Shown here: positions 1-11,418 of the stretch, one piece after another
Layout of the letters: every line of letters starts with the position of its first letter
Numbering within the stretch: the stretch's first letter is position 1
Source of the DNA: Utricularia gibba
Lineage: Eukaryota > Plantae > Magnoliophyta
Length of the DNA: 64,000 nucleotides
Assembly (NCBI GenBank): GCA_002189035.1
Contig: NEEC01000007.1
Span: 1,860,001-1,924,000 of the forward strand
Direction: 5' to 3'
Program-made: the position numbers and the translations under genes
Notes under the pieces: model-generated
The model's database searches: none
Told to the model about the DNA's origin: nothing
What the model saw: only the letters and a program-made list of their open reading frames with translations

Positions 1-2235
1 TATCTCACCCCACCCATAATTCACTCTGTTCTCTCTTCACCGCTCCTCCATCGGCATCCATCAGCGCTTCTCTCTTTCCTGAACTGGGCACAAGCTCAGT
101 CGTCTTTAGGGCGGGGTGTCACCCCTTTGCCTTTGGCGCCTCTCATCTCTTTACTCTCGTCCCTCATCCAGGCCCATAAATTTGACGATGCGAAGCGTAT
201 ACTTCATTCACAAATTCTCTCCGAGCATCCCCAGCATCAGCTCCACCGACACCTACTCCACCCCGCTCCTCCCGTGCCACCGCCGACGAAAGTTTTTCTG
301 GATATCTGCATTTTTTCATACTGCCGCGCCGGTTGGCCCCATCTTGGCGTGCAGATTTTCAAGAAAATGAAGCGGAACAGGATGCTGCCTAATGTGCTGA
401 CTTTCAACACCTTGCTGACCTCCCTACTAAAGACAAGCCCGTATTCTCATTCTGTGAGTTTTTGCAAGGAGCTTTTTTGTGATGCTGTTAAGATTGGGCT
501 TTTACCAACCGTGGTTACTTTTAATATTCTGATCAATGGATATTGTTTGGTGGGCAAGTACAAAGATGCAATGGAGTTGGTGGAAAAGATGGAGGTTGAT
601 TTTAAATTAAAGCCAGACAATGCGACGTATAATACCATACTGACTGGTTTGTGCAAGAAGGGGAGGTTTCATGATGTCCGTAATGTGCTGTCCGATATGA
701 AGAGCAAAGGGCTGTGTCCCAATAAAACTACATATAATATATTGGTTGATGGTTATTGTTCAATGGGGTTGTTGAAGGATGCCGCAAGTATTGTTGAGTT
801 GATGTTTCAGAATCACATGCTGCCAGACGTTTGGACGTATAATATGCAAATCAGTGGAATGTGTAACTCTGGAAAGATTGATGAGGCATTTAGGCTGAAA
901 GCAGAGATGGAGGAATCAAAGATGTTGCCAGATGTTGTTACTTACAACACTCTGATAAACGGGTGTTTTGAGGCAAAAAAAAGTTCCGAGGCTTTGAAGT
1001 TGGTGGATGAAATGCGAGATAAGGGTGTTCATCTTAATCAAGTGACTCATAACATCATGATTAAGTGGTATTGTAAGGAGGGAAGGATGAGTGACGCCAG
1101 TGAAGAAGTCGTGAGGATGGAAGAGGCTGGATTTTCTCCTGATTGTGTCACATACAACACCCTCATTAACAGTTTTTGTAAAGCAGGTAATATGGAAGAG
1201 GCTTTTAGAATGATGAATCAAATGGCTGCGAGGGGTTTGAAGATGGACACTGTGACACTGAATACTGCTCTTCACAATCTATGCTTAGAGAAGAAGCTTG
1301 AGGATGCCTATGAGTTGCTGAGTGCTGCAAGTAGGAGAGGATACATTGTGGATGCAGTGAGCTATGGAACTCTTATTGTTGGGTATTTCAAAGAAGAAGA
1401 TGCCGAGAAAGCTTTGAAAATTTGGGATGAGATGAAGGAAAAGGAGATAATCCCCAATCTCATTACCTATAACTCTTTGATGGGAGGGCTATGCAAACTG
1501 GGAAAGACAGATTTGGCTATAACCAAGTTCGATGAGCTCTTAGCAAATGGTTTAGTTCCTGATGAGACAACGTACAATACAATTATACATGGTTATTGCT
1601 GGGAAGGGAAAGTTGAGAGAGCATTTCATTTTCACAACGACATGATCAAAAAGTCCCAATTCCAGCCTGATACATACACTTCCAACATCCTTCTTCATGG
1701 ACTATGCAAGGAGGGCAGGTTAGATAAAGCCATCAAACTCTTCAGATCGTGGGTTGCAAGAGGCAAGAGCCTTGATGTTGTGTCGTACAACACAATAATA
1801 GCAGGATTATGCAAGGAGGGGAAGGTCGAGGAAGCCTTCGCCTTCCTTGCTGAAATGGAGGAGAAGGATATAGAGCCTGATGGTTACACTTATAACCCCA
1901 TTTTAAACGCTCTTAATGATGCTGGAAAAACCAAGGAAGCTGAGGAGCTATTGAAGAAATTTGCAAAGACTGAAACAAACCCGTCCACCGCACAGTCAGG
2001 TGATGCTGATGTCGTAAAGCCGCATCCTGATTCTCAGTCTCCTGATATGAACTCCCAGAAATATTCAGAGCGGATCAATGCTCTTTGTGCTGGAGGGAGA
2101 TACAAAGACGCAATGTTGGTCTTCAATGAACAGACCAAGAAAGGTATCCCTGTAGATAAATCCACTTACCATACTCTAATGATCGGACTTGTTAAAAGGC
2201 GAAAAAGCATTACCAAGTGTGAACATTTGGGTTGA
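1..2235 (+). CDS. P-class pentatricopeptide repeat protein, intronless; the 5' end lies outside the window
   Basis: Tandem ~35-aa repeats (VTYNTLINGxCKxGxxEEA-type). The frame is open from base 1 (YLTPPIIHSVLSSPLL...), so the TTG at 127 is not the true start. Confidence 0.92.
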   Translation, partial: YLTPPIIHSVLSSPLLHRHPSALLSFLNWAQAQSSLGRGVTPLPLAPLISLLSSLIQAHKFDDAKRILHSQILSEHPQHQLHRHLLHPAPPVPPPTKVFLDICIFSYCRAGWPHLGVQIFKKMKRNRMLPNVLTFNTLLTSLLKTSPYSHSVSFCKELFCDAVKIGLLPTVVTFNILINGYCLVGKYKDAMELVEKMEVDFKLKPDNATYNTILTGLCKKGRFHDVRNVLSDMKSKGLCPNKTTYNILVDGYCSMGLLKDAASIVELMFQNHMLPDVWTYNMQISGMCNSGKIDEAFRLKAEMEESKMLPDVVTYNTLINGCFEAKKSSEALKLVDEMRDKGVHLNQVTHNIMIKWYCKEGRMSDASEEVVRMEEAGFSPDCVTYNTLINSFCKAGNMEEAFRMMNQMAARGLKMDTVTLNTALHNLCLEKKLEDAYELLSAASRRGYIVDAVSYGTLIVGYFKEEDAEKALKIWDEMKEKEIIPNLITYNSLMGGLCKLGKTDLAITKFDELLANGLVPDETTYNTIIHGYCWEGKVERAFHFHNDMIKKSQFQPDTYTSNILLHGLCKEGRLDKAIKLFRSWVARGKSLDVVSYNTIIAGLCKEGKVEEAFAFLAEMEEKDIEPDGYTYNPILNALNDAGKTKEAEELLKKFAKTETNPSTAQSGDADVVKPHPDSQSPDMNSQKYSERINALCAGGRYKDAMLVFNEQTKKGIPVDKSTYHTLMIGLVKRRKSITKCEHLG

Positions 2236-3106
2236 TGATTTACTACTCTGGCCATCATGTCAATGCTAAAGAAGAGCATTGCAATATCTTTGTGAGGATG
2301 GTAAGCCTTCTGGGGTGGCTTCAAATGACCCATATGGAAACGATGTTCTCTTTCCATGACAAGGGGAGATAACATCCTCGCACAGGATCATGATCTGTAA
2401 ATGAGTTCTGCATCAGGGGGTTTCGGTAATACCGATCCAAATCAGCTTGAAATGCCAATGATGCTAGTCAAGTTCCTTGTCTCCTCCTTTCGCAGTCATT
2501 TGGACAGCACCACGAAGGAACGGGTCTGTCCAACCCCTCAACCTCAGTCTGTAATAACACCACAGTGCTACAGAGAGCTGCGCCTTCCTTCTCATTCATC
2601 CCCCCGAAATCAACCAACCCTCTTCCATTTATTGCATCCGTTGTGTTTCGTTTTCCGGGAGAAGGGCGACGGTGACCTCCACATGCTCTTTATCCTCCGA
2701 GGCTCTTTAACTATTTTTTTGGTAAAGTATTTTTAGTATATTTAATAATATTTTTGTTTTAAGAAGTATCATTATTTAGTCTTTATTGCATTTAAAATGA
2801 AAATAATGAATATTAAAATAGTGTCGGATTTAAAAAGGAAAAAAAAAAGTCCCTGAATTTGGTGGGGCCGGACGGTATTCATTCATGTAATTGAGTGATG
2901 TGACTTGCCGCTGATGAAGTTGTACTGTACAACACCTACACGTTTTCTTTTAATCAGTACAACAACACCTAGACTTTTTAGAATTATTATATTATTATTT
3001 ATTCATGCAGAACATAAACTGGAGGCGACACCGTACACTGGGGGGGTGCTGGGGGAAAATAACTCAAGTGGGGTTTGGGGATTTTTGTGGAGATTCCTTC
3101 ATAAAC

Positions 3107-3670
3107 CTAAACCTCCTCTACTTCGACGGCGGCGCTGGCCTTAACCACCTCTTCTGTCTTCTCCTCCGACGCTGGACCGGTGCTCTTGGAATCGGCTTCC
3201 TCCTTCAATTGTCCCTCCGGAGGCACCGCCTTCTTTTCTTCGATCATGAATGCCTCCGCAGGAAAGGCTCGCGACAATCCCGAAGGAGTTCTGAAATTGA
3301 TCATCCCCGTGGGGGGATCGTCGAGATCGATTTCGCTGAGAGTGATCCAGATGAAGAGTTCTCTGGTCTTAACACCGGTGAGTTTCTTGATTTTCCCAGG
3401 CTCGACGTAGGCGGTGACCTCCTCCGCGTACTGCGTAAGTCTGTTGATCTTTTCGAACCGGTGTTGCGTTTTTTCCTTCTGGATCAACCAAACGAACCCG
3501 GTTTCCTTGATATAACCGGTTTCTTCGATGTCCTTGAGAACGATCAGGCCGTTCGGAAATCCGATCTCCTTGAGGAGAAACTTGGTTTTCTCTTGGCAGA
3601 TGGCGTCGCCACGGTGGAGCTCCGTCGCGGCGGCTCGCATCTCGTCAGTGACCTTGGACTTGGAACTCAT
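3107..3670 (-). CDS. DUF538 family protein, intronless, 187 aa
   Basis: MSSKSKV... start at 3670; LLKEIGFPNGL..L.DIEE.GY..ETGFVWL and KIKKLTGVKTRELFIW motifs; acidic tail. Confidence 0.85.
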   Translation of the reverse strand: MSSKSKVTDEMRAAATELHRGDAICQEKTKFLLKEIGFPNGLIVLKDIEETGYIKETGFVWLIQKEKTQHRFEKINRLTQYAEEVTAYVEPGKIKKLTGVKTRELFIWITLSEIDLDDPPTGMINFRTPSGLSRAFPAEAFMIEEKKAVPPEGQLKEEADSKSTGPASEEKTEEVVKASAAVEVEEV

Positions 3671-5226
3671 TTTCTCCTCCAAGCTTCTCGAGTAGAGAAG
3701 CTCGGAATTTATAGACGGATCTTGGGGATGCACACAACGTTGTTGTCGTACACAGTATATAAATCGCCGGACGTAAGACATAAGTAACTATCCTTCTAAA
3801 TAAATATTCATTTTTTATTTTTTTATTACACTTTATTTCATGAAATGCATGATGTTTTTTTGGTAGTATTTTTTATATTTTCAAATAATATAAAATTTAA
3901 TCAATATATTTGATATTTAATTTTATATCATTTCAAAACATGCATTTTTTTTAGTACATGTTATCCCAAAATGTGTCCTTTGGAGCAGTTGGATGCCATA
4001 ACTTGGCACAACCACCAGCCAGGCTTCCCATAAATTAATTACCAAATCGTTAGTTTTATTTGAAAAATATGAATATGTTTTGTAGTAAATATTTTCTAAA
4101 CAAGTATTATGGGATAAAGATTTGTAATTGAAGCTATATATAAATTATTAAAATAATTAATACTTTATCATATAGTTTAAAAGAAAAAGTACTTTTTCAA
4201 ACAAATATATTTATATAATTGTTTTTTTTAAATAATATAGGAATGTTGATTTATTCCATGTAAGGTGACAAGTACACAGGCCTATAATTAATGGGAAGGT
4301 ACTTGGTGTCCAGTGTCCCATGATTTACAAAATTTGGTTATTTTCAATCTTAAAAATGTCTAAATTACTAACAAAATATGTGATTAAAAAAAACAGTTTC
4401 TTTATGGTAATATGTATGTATCTCAAGCTCCTCACAAGCCTTTCTAGTTTTAATCTATATAAAGATGAAGATATTAAAATTAAGAATCAGATAAATTATA
4501 GGAAAATGTATGAAAGTTAAAGAAAGTTTAGGTGAAATCAATTATTAGTGTTGCATAATTTTTTTATGTATTTAATTATATTATTTTAAATTAGTTGGGA
4601 TGGGAGTTTTTCAAATCATATGAGTCAGCAAATGGGGTTCAACAGCAGCCCAGAATCGCCTTCTGGTAATCCTCCAGATCTTCGTTCTTTCCTTCAAGAA
4701 GATGATAATGGGTTCTGGGGTTACATCTGCGATCAACAGTTGTTACATTTCGAAACCACAAAAGAATTTTCTTTTGGGTTGGCGGGGGGTTCCACGTAAA
4801 AGCCGCAAAACATGGGACTACCGGCCGGCCGCCTGAAAACTCAGTCAGAATCCTCCGTCGCTTGCGCTGAGAAAGAAAAAGTTGAAGTGTTTCGTATCCT
4901 GTAAACTGCAAAACGAATTGACCTCTGCGTTTCATGTTCCTTCTGACTTGACGTTTCCCCCGACACGTTTCGCACTCCCATAGGGCGAGCCTTCGTTGGG
5001 GACACGGGACACGCCGCTCGTCTCGCTCTTGCTCCTTGTTCGGATATTTTCTTCCCTCGCTCCTATTACAACTCAGTTCCTGTGATCCCTCCAAAATGCC
5101 CCTAGAGTTCAACACCTCGTTGTCTGGTTACACTCACAACGTTGCTTTTTGTGTCGGCTTCGGGTGTACAAAAACGGATCCGGGGGATTCTCATTCTCGT
5201 AGTTATGAAAAAACCAGCCGGGGTCC

Positions 5227-6511
5227 ATGGAGGAGGAGTTGCTACACGGGTTTGGTTTTTTCGATCCGGGGGAGGAGATTCCGAGGTTCGATGATCATTT
5301 GGTACAACTGGAAGAGGAGGATCAGCGGATTCGTGATTCGATCAAGTCCCGGATTGCTTCTCACCCTCTTTATCCTGCCTTGCTCTCTTCTTACCTTCTC
5401 TCCCAAAAGGTTTTGCTTCCACTTTTCATCGTTTTCAGATGTTGTACACTCGTCTTCCCAACTTTTTCAAGGTGTCCCTGCTGTTTGATTACGTTTACTC
5501 GTAGCTTAAAGTAAGCTACTTGTTTGAGTGTTTTGAAGGTGGGAGCACCTCCGGAAATAGCTTCTTTGCTTGAGGAAATCAGCAAAGAAATCCATGTGCG
5601 CGGTAAGCCAACAGAGATTGGAGCAGACCCTCAACTTGATGACTTCATGGTAAATCTCTGTAGAACTCTGCAACTATTCCTTCAAAGAAATCATGGAAAA
5701 AAACGAGTCCTTTTCGCTGTGCTACAAGTATATGGACGGCAAAGTCTCTCTTTTTTATCTGTAGTTTTTTGACATGCTTTTTCTGTTGTTTTTTTGTCTG
5801 TGGCTCTACAAGGAATCCTACACCGGGGTTCTGAACAGGTACACGCAGGAGCTGTCGAAGCCATTTGACGAGGCGACGAGTTACTTGAGCAGCATCGAGT
5901 CTCAGCTCAGTGCTCTGTGCATACAAACCCTACCATCACCAGCACCAGGTAACTCCTCCTACACTATCCATCTCTGGATCTCTGTACAATTGTTTAAAAC
6001 GTTCTATTTTCAGCACTTTGGGACCTAAAGTATTCGACCCTTGTGCAAATATGGATTGATGGGATGAAACTACGTCTCATTTAGGTGAAGAGGGGAGCAA
6101 AGGTGGAGGATCAGAGGCCGAGTTGAAAGACATGCTGATGCGCAAGTACAGTGGATACCTGAGCACCTTGAAGGAGGAGTTCATGAAGAAGAGGAAGAAG
6201 GGTAAGCTTCCCAAAGATGCAACAAGCGCTCTGATGGACTGGTGGAACGCCAACAATGCGTGGCCCTACCCCACGGTAACTCAACTCAACTCAACTCAAC
6301 TTTGAAGTGGTTGGCTCGAGCCTCGAGCTCTGGTTTTCTTTTTTGTTTTCAGGAAGTGGACAAGAAGAGGCTTAGTGAAATGACGGGGTTGGATCAGAAG
6401 CAGATAAACAACTGGTTCATCAATCAGAGGAAGCGCCATTGGAGACCATCGGAGGAGATCAAGTTTGCCCTCATGGAAGCTGGAGGTTCCCGTTACTTGG
6501 ATCACTCATAA
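5227..6511 (+). CDS. Class I KNOX homeobox protein, 5 exons (5227-5409, 5539-5649, 5813-5948, 6085-6275, 6353-6511), 259 aa
   Basis: KNOX1 ([16 protein letters not shown]), KNOX2 ([19 protein letters not shown]), ELK and TALE homeodomain ([17 protein letters not shown]). GT-AG joins keep frame (780 nt). Confidence 0.92.
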
Positions 6512-6841
6512 AAACATGGGCTTGGAAAGAAGTGTTGTGTATGGGCCTCCTATACTTGAGCTTGCGTTGTTCTCAGAGAATGCAACTACAAAAAATAATA
6601 ACAAGTGAGAGTGCTGTGTTTGGAAAGGTTAGCATAGAAAGGCTGCCATGAAAATCACAGGAAGTGAGAATGAAGAAGAGGATGATGCACTGATAACCAG
6701 TCACAACCCCCACTATCTGATCTGGTGTTTCTGTAACAAGGAGAGTTATCTCTATGGTAAAAACAAGCATCTATTCTCTGTAATGGCCATGGATCTTTCT
6801 TCTGTAGAAAAGAAAAAAAGAACTTCCTGGTAGTAATATCA

Positions 6842-8400
6842 TCAGAGGTCTTCGTTGCCAACGAAGTTGTCACCGCCTGAACTGTCGTAGCTCTCTACAT
6901 AACTGGTGGGTTCAGGAGGTGAAGCCAGGGACAGCATCAGGTACTGAAACCCATTGACTACATCGTACACCATCAGCCCAATCCTCCCTCCAACCCAACT
7001 GCCGAGATGACTTCCCACGAAATAACCAAACTTGCCAAACCTTTCTTCTCCGAGGTATCCGACGGCATAAGTTCCGAACAAGGTACCTGTGCCGCGAAGG
7101 AACCCTTCAGTCAATGTGCCTCCAAAGTAAATGGCTTCGAAGAAGTCCCACCCTGAAGAAATTATAGGGCCGACAATGCGATCAACCTTCTTTGTTGCAA
7201 GCTTTGCGGCTTTGGCACCTTCTTTCTGAGCTGTTTTTGCGGCAGCCTTAGCATTTAAGCCCTGAGAAACAGCATCAGATAAAGCAGCCTCAAAAGCTCT
7301 GAGCCTTCTATCCTCGACATGGACAGACCTGATGCTGTAGGAATAGAGTTTCACGCCTTGCTTCACCAGACAAGCCAAAGTTCCTGAACTCCCATCAAAA
7401 CAGTTAAAGATGCTAAACTGCCCACTTTTTGATGCAGCATTTTCACCAACCAAGTGCCTACATTTCTCAGCTGCATAGAAGGAAAAAAAACCGAGATCCA
7501 ATACCAATGGTAAGTTGATGTAAGCCCAGATATGATGCGTATCAGGAAGGATAGGTAGAAGTTATGAAGTTATGATACGGAAATGTAATTCCACAACTCC
7601 AACTCCCACAGAATTAAACTTCATAAATCAGCTTATTTGTTAAACAAAGAGGGAAAGCTAGGGACAGAGAATCTCAAAACTGCTGCTGTTATAAGAGGAA
7701 CGCCTCATCTTTAAGGAAACACATTTGCAATACATTTTCAAATAACACATAAAGGAGGAAATACATTTGCAATGAGTGAATCATCATAAAGAAACAACAC
7801 TATAAACATCCACCTAATGAGCAAGGTAGAACAACTACACACTGAGGACTTGGATATAGAGAACGACGATGAATGACATCAAACAGAAAAAAGGCATGGA
7901 AATGACAGGATAACAAATCTGGGTTCAATTGAAAACTACTACCAATTACAGTCAAAAAACACCAAGCAGATATACTGAGCCTTTCCTCTTTACAAGACGA
8001 GTTATTAGTCATGACAACTCACCTTTAAAACGTTAGATTCAAACTAACCTAGAGTAAAAACTGAACAGTCTGTCTTGATCGTGAAAACAAGACGAAAAAC
8101 GAAGCTCAGGAACCCTTGTTCAAAAAAGGATTCTTTCAACAAAATGATACAAGGACAGCGATCCCGTTGAACGCCCCTTTCTAATCATTTGAAAAACAAA
8201 ACTCCATCGTCAATCAACAACAACCACAGGGGACATACGAACAAACACATCGATGTTAAAATGCCCCTCCAAACATTACGCAAATCAGCAGCACCTGAAA
8301 AAAAAGGGACTCTACCAGTTCAATTACCAGTCAAGCTAAGAAGAACAACTCCAATTACAAAGAGACCAAACTGAATTCTCCGCTTCAGCAGCAGCGACAT
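6842..8400 (-). CDS. Conserved plant protein of unknown function with an N-terminal hydrophobic segment and Gly-rich membrane helices, 2 exons (8400-8328, 7470-6842)
   Basis: Exon 1 MSLLLKRRIQFGLFVIGVVLLSLT splices in phase 1 to EKCRHLVG...GPIISSGWDFFEAIYFGG...GSWVGGRIGLMVYD. Confidence 0.72.
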
Positions 8401-8790
8401 GATCACAAAATCCGTCGGAGAAACAGCACCCCCCGCCTCCTCCCCAAATCGAAAGTCGACCGTAGACTTCAATTTTTCATTTTTACTTTTTTTTTAAAAA
8501 AAATTCTTTTGGAGTAATTAATTTGAGAAAATTGCTTCTCCCTGAAAAAAACAAAAAAAAAAGGACTGCAACAGCCTGATGTTGACTGGTGAGAAGACAC
8601 AAACCATGGAATGCCCACCGGATTTATCTGCAGAAGAAATCGATGAACCTCGCCAACAGGATTCCATCGCCGGAATCCGAATTTACCAGGAGCACTGCTG
8701 CAAACGCCAGTTATATAACACAGTAGCCATCTCAAGAGGTTTGCAGTCATACAGTGCTACTAGTATTTCGAATTGCAGTGTGGTATCAAA

Positions 8791-9652
8791 ATGGGGCGAA
8801 AGATTTTGGTGGCGGTGGATCAGAGCGAAGAGAGCACCCATGCTCTCTCCTGGTGCCTCAAGAGCTTGGTCGATTCTCGCGACAGTCTCGTACTTCTCTT
8901 CGCCAAGGCGCCTCTCGCCGTCTACTCTTCTACCGATTCAATAGGTAAAAATCACCCAGATCAGATTAGGCAATTTTGATTGACTTCACATCGCTGTTAC
9001 AAGATCAGGCGAAAAACATGCTGCATTTTTCTCGGTGATTTCATTGTTTTTTCTTTTTTCTTTCCAAAGATCATTCCTTTTCCTCAGTTGGACCGCGAGT
9101 CTCCTCGAGTATAATTGCGACGATGGAAGCATATGCCAATGAAATGGCAACCGGAATTATACAGAGGGCCACCACACTCTGTAAAAATCTCAATGATGAG
9201 GTACCGAACTTTCAAACGGACCTGCTGCTTCTAGTGCTATGTAGAAACTTCTATGGAGATAAGCATTGTAGCAGAAGCCCAAATTTGTATGCAGAGTGTA
9301 GAAGCTTTTGGAGCATAAACAGGAAACAACAAAACTGATTATGCAGTGGTTATTTTGCGTGCGCAGGTCACTGTTGAGGCGATAGTGGAGCATGGGGATC
9401 CAAGGGATGTTATTTGTGAAGTAGCCGAGAGGTTGAAGGTGGACTTTCTGGTCATGGGAAGCCATGGCTATGGCCTCATACAAAGGTGACTACTGCAATA
9501 CTAAAGTGAAATTCGTGTAGTTGCTAGCATTGTGACGATGATCAAAATGGTTGGTTTGTGTAAACAGGGCTTTTCTTGGCAGTGTGAGCAACCACTGTGC
9601 ACATAACGCGAAGTGCCCTGTTCTGATAGTCAAGATGCCAAAGAACAAGTAA
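8791..9652 (+). CDS. Universal stress protein A (USP) family, 4 exons
   Basis: KILVAVDQSEES.HAL.W, GDPRDVICE, LVMGSHGYG and GSVSNHCAHNAKCPVLIVK motifs separated by GT-AG introns. Confidence 0.88.
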
Positions 9653-10143
9653 CTCTCTCATGGCATCAGTTCGGTTTTTGGTTGGATTGGTTCATGTTGT
9701 GAAACCTGTTGGTCAATCTCATGGAATCACTGTTTGCAATATCGTCTTGTTTCACTGTTGAAAGTTCGGCTTTTGTATGAAATGTCAGAGACCATGTCCT
9801 TTCATTTGCACCTGTATCTGTGTTGTAAGAAAAGATGACTTCTTGGAGAAGATCATGACAAAAACAGGTGTTGTTGCCTATGCAATGGAGAGAATGCACA
9901 AATTCACACTACAGAATGTCAAGCCAAGCTGAAGACTAAGCTTACACCTCGGATTCATTGATGTTTTCGAACAGAATGCATGTCTTCGTGGTTCAAGCAT
10001 GTAATAACCATAGTGACAATCAGAAACAATTACCATATAACTTATTGTGAAAGGTGTTACAAGAACCAACAACCAGAAGACTATTGTGGATGTTGTTTGC
10101 TTTTCCTCAAAACTGACATGAAAGTCCTAGAGGGGGATGCTTG

Positions 10144-11262
10144 TTAAGCAGGCCACAGAGGAAGAGGGGCATAAATGACTAGTGACTGACCTGTAACAGG
10201 ATGCTCAAATTCTAGACTTTCTGCATGGAGTTGATGTCCTTCGTACTTCCTCCCCTTCCATTCATACACACCACTATACTTGACATCTCCCTTTATGGGG
10301 ATCCCCAGATACTGGCAATGAAGACGAATTTGGTGCGTTCTTCCGCTCCGGGGATATGCTTTCACGGTGATCTCAACTTTCTCATCATCTGAACACATTC
10401 CTGATGATTCCTCCACAAGAATCACTTGTTCTCCAGGTTCACTGAACTCTGGCTGCTCTTGGAATGCTTTTCCACCATTTACAGCCACCACTTGGAAGGA
10501 TGTTTCCATGTCTCGGACAAATGAGCCACCTGGAAGTACACGGCCAACATCCGATAAGGCATAAACACGCCACGCTCCGTACTTCGACCTCCCATGGCCT
10601 GATTTTATGGTCATCCTCTGCGTATTCAGCATCTTGCCGACGCAGGACGCGACGTACGCTTTCTTAACCTTGTGATCGGAAAAAGCTTTCACTAGCTTCG
10701 CGGCCACTTTGTGGCACTTGGTTACAACACTAACACCGCTCGTATCACGGTCAAGTCTGTTGGCGAGATGGAGTTCTGGGCCTTTCACTTCATCCCCTAA
10801 GACAATTCTGAACCAAAAAATTAGCACATCTTCCAAATAAAGATCGAGTCTTTTTTCCATGTTATTAACGCACACGAATCCTAGGGTTCAGTTTTCTCTT
10901 AAAAACACAACATCAATATCCGGAGTTTGAATTGAACCTTGATCAGGATAGAGGAGCCTGCGAACCGAGGATAAGACACTCTCGCAGTAAATTCCCTGAG
11001 GCTTATTGATCGCAATGAGCCATTCGTCTTCGAAGAGGACGTCGCTTCTGGAAAGACAAAAGAGAGCGGATTTGGACGAAGCCGTCAAAGCTCTGCTCAA
11101 CTCGACGCCCTTCGACAATAGCGGCGGCGGCGGGGAGAGTGGAACCGGGTAACATTCCATGGCTGCGGCGGCAATTCCCGGCGAGATTCTGCAGCAATTC
11201 AGATCCGCCATTGATAACAAAGGGCGAAGATAGCTAGCCGGCCTGGAAGCAAACAGGGACAT
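10144..11262 (-). CDS. RluA-family RNA pseudouridine synthase, 2 exons, probably organelle-targeted
   Basis: LIAINKPQG, HLANRLDRDTSG (catalytic Asp), GRTHQIRLH.QYLG.PI.GD.KY, HAESLEFEHP. Confidence 0.9.
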
Positions 11263-11418
11263 CACAGTCCCCTTCTTTATAGAAGTAGCGTTTTGAATGA
11301 ATTTGGGAAATTTATTTGTGGTATCAAAGTCGGTGTAAATGGTATCAAATAAATAAATCAAGCGAAGAGGAAAAACGATTTCCGATCACCTCACGGCGCT
11401 GCTGGATCGCCAGCGAGA

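Noticed and set aside
2401-2736. 111-aa ORF after the PPR
   Set aside because: No domain or splice support; treated only as unexplained sequence.
3005-3787. 260-aa plus-strand ORF
   Set aside because: Antisense shadow of the GC-rich DUF538 CDS; no recognisable motifs.
4639-5488. 158-aa minus and 150-aa plus ORFs upstream of or overlapping KNOX
   Set aside because: No motifs; they overlap the KNOX leader and exon 1 in other frames.
6278-6301. (AACTC)n tract in KNOX intron 4 and (AAT)n near 47270
   Set aside because: Ordinary short microsatellites.
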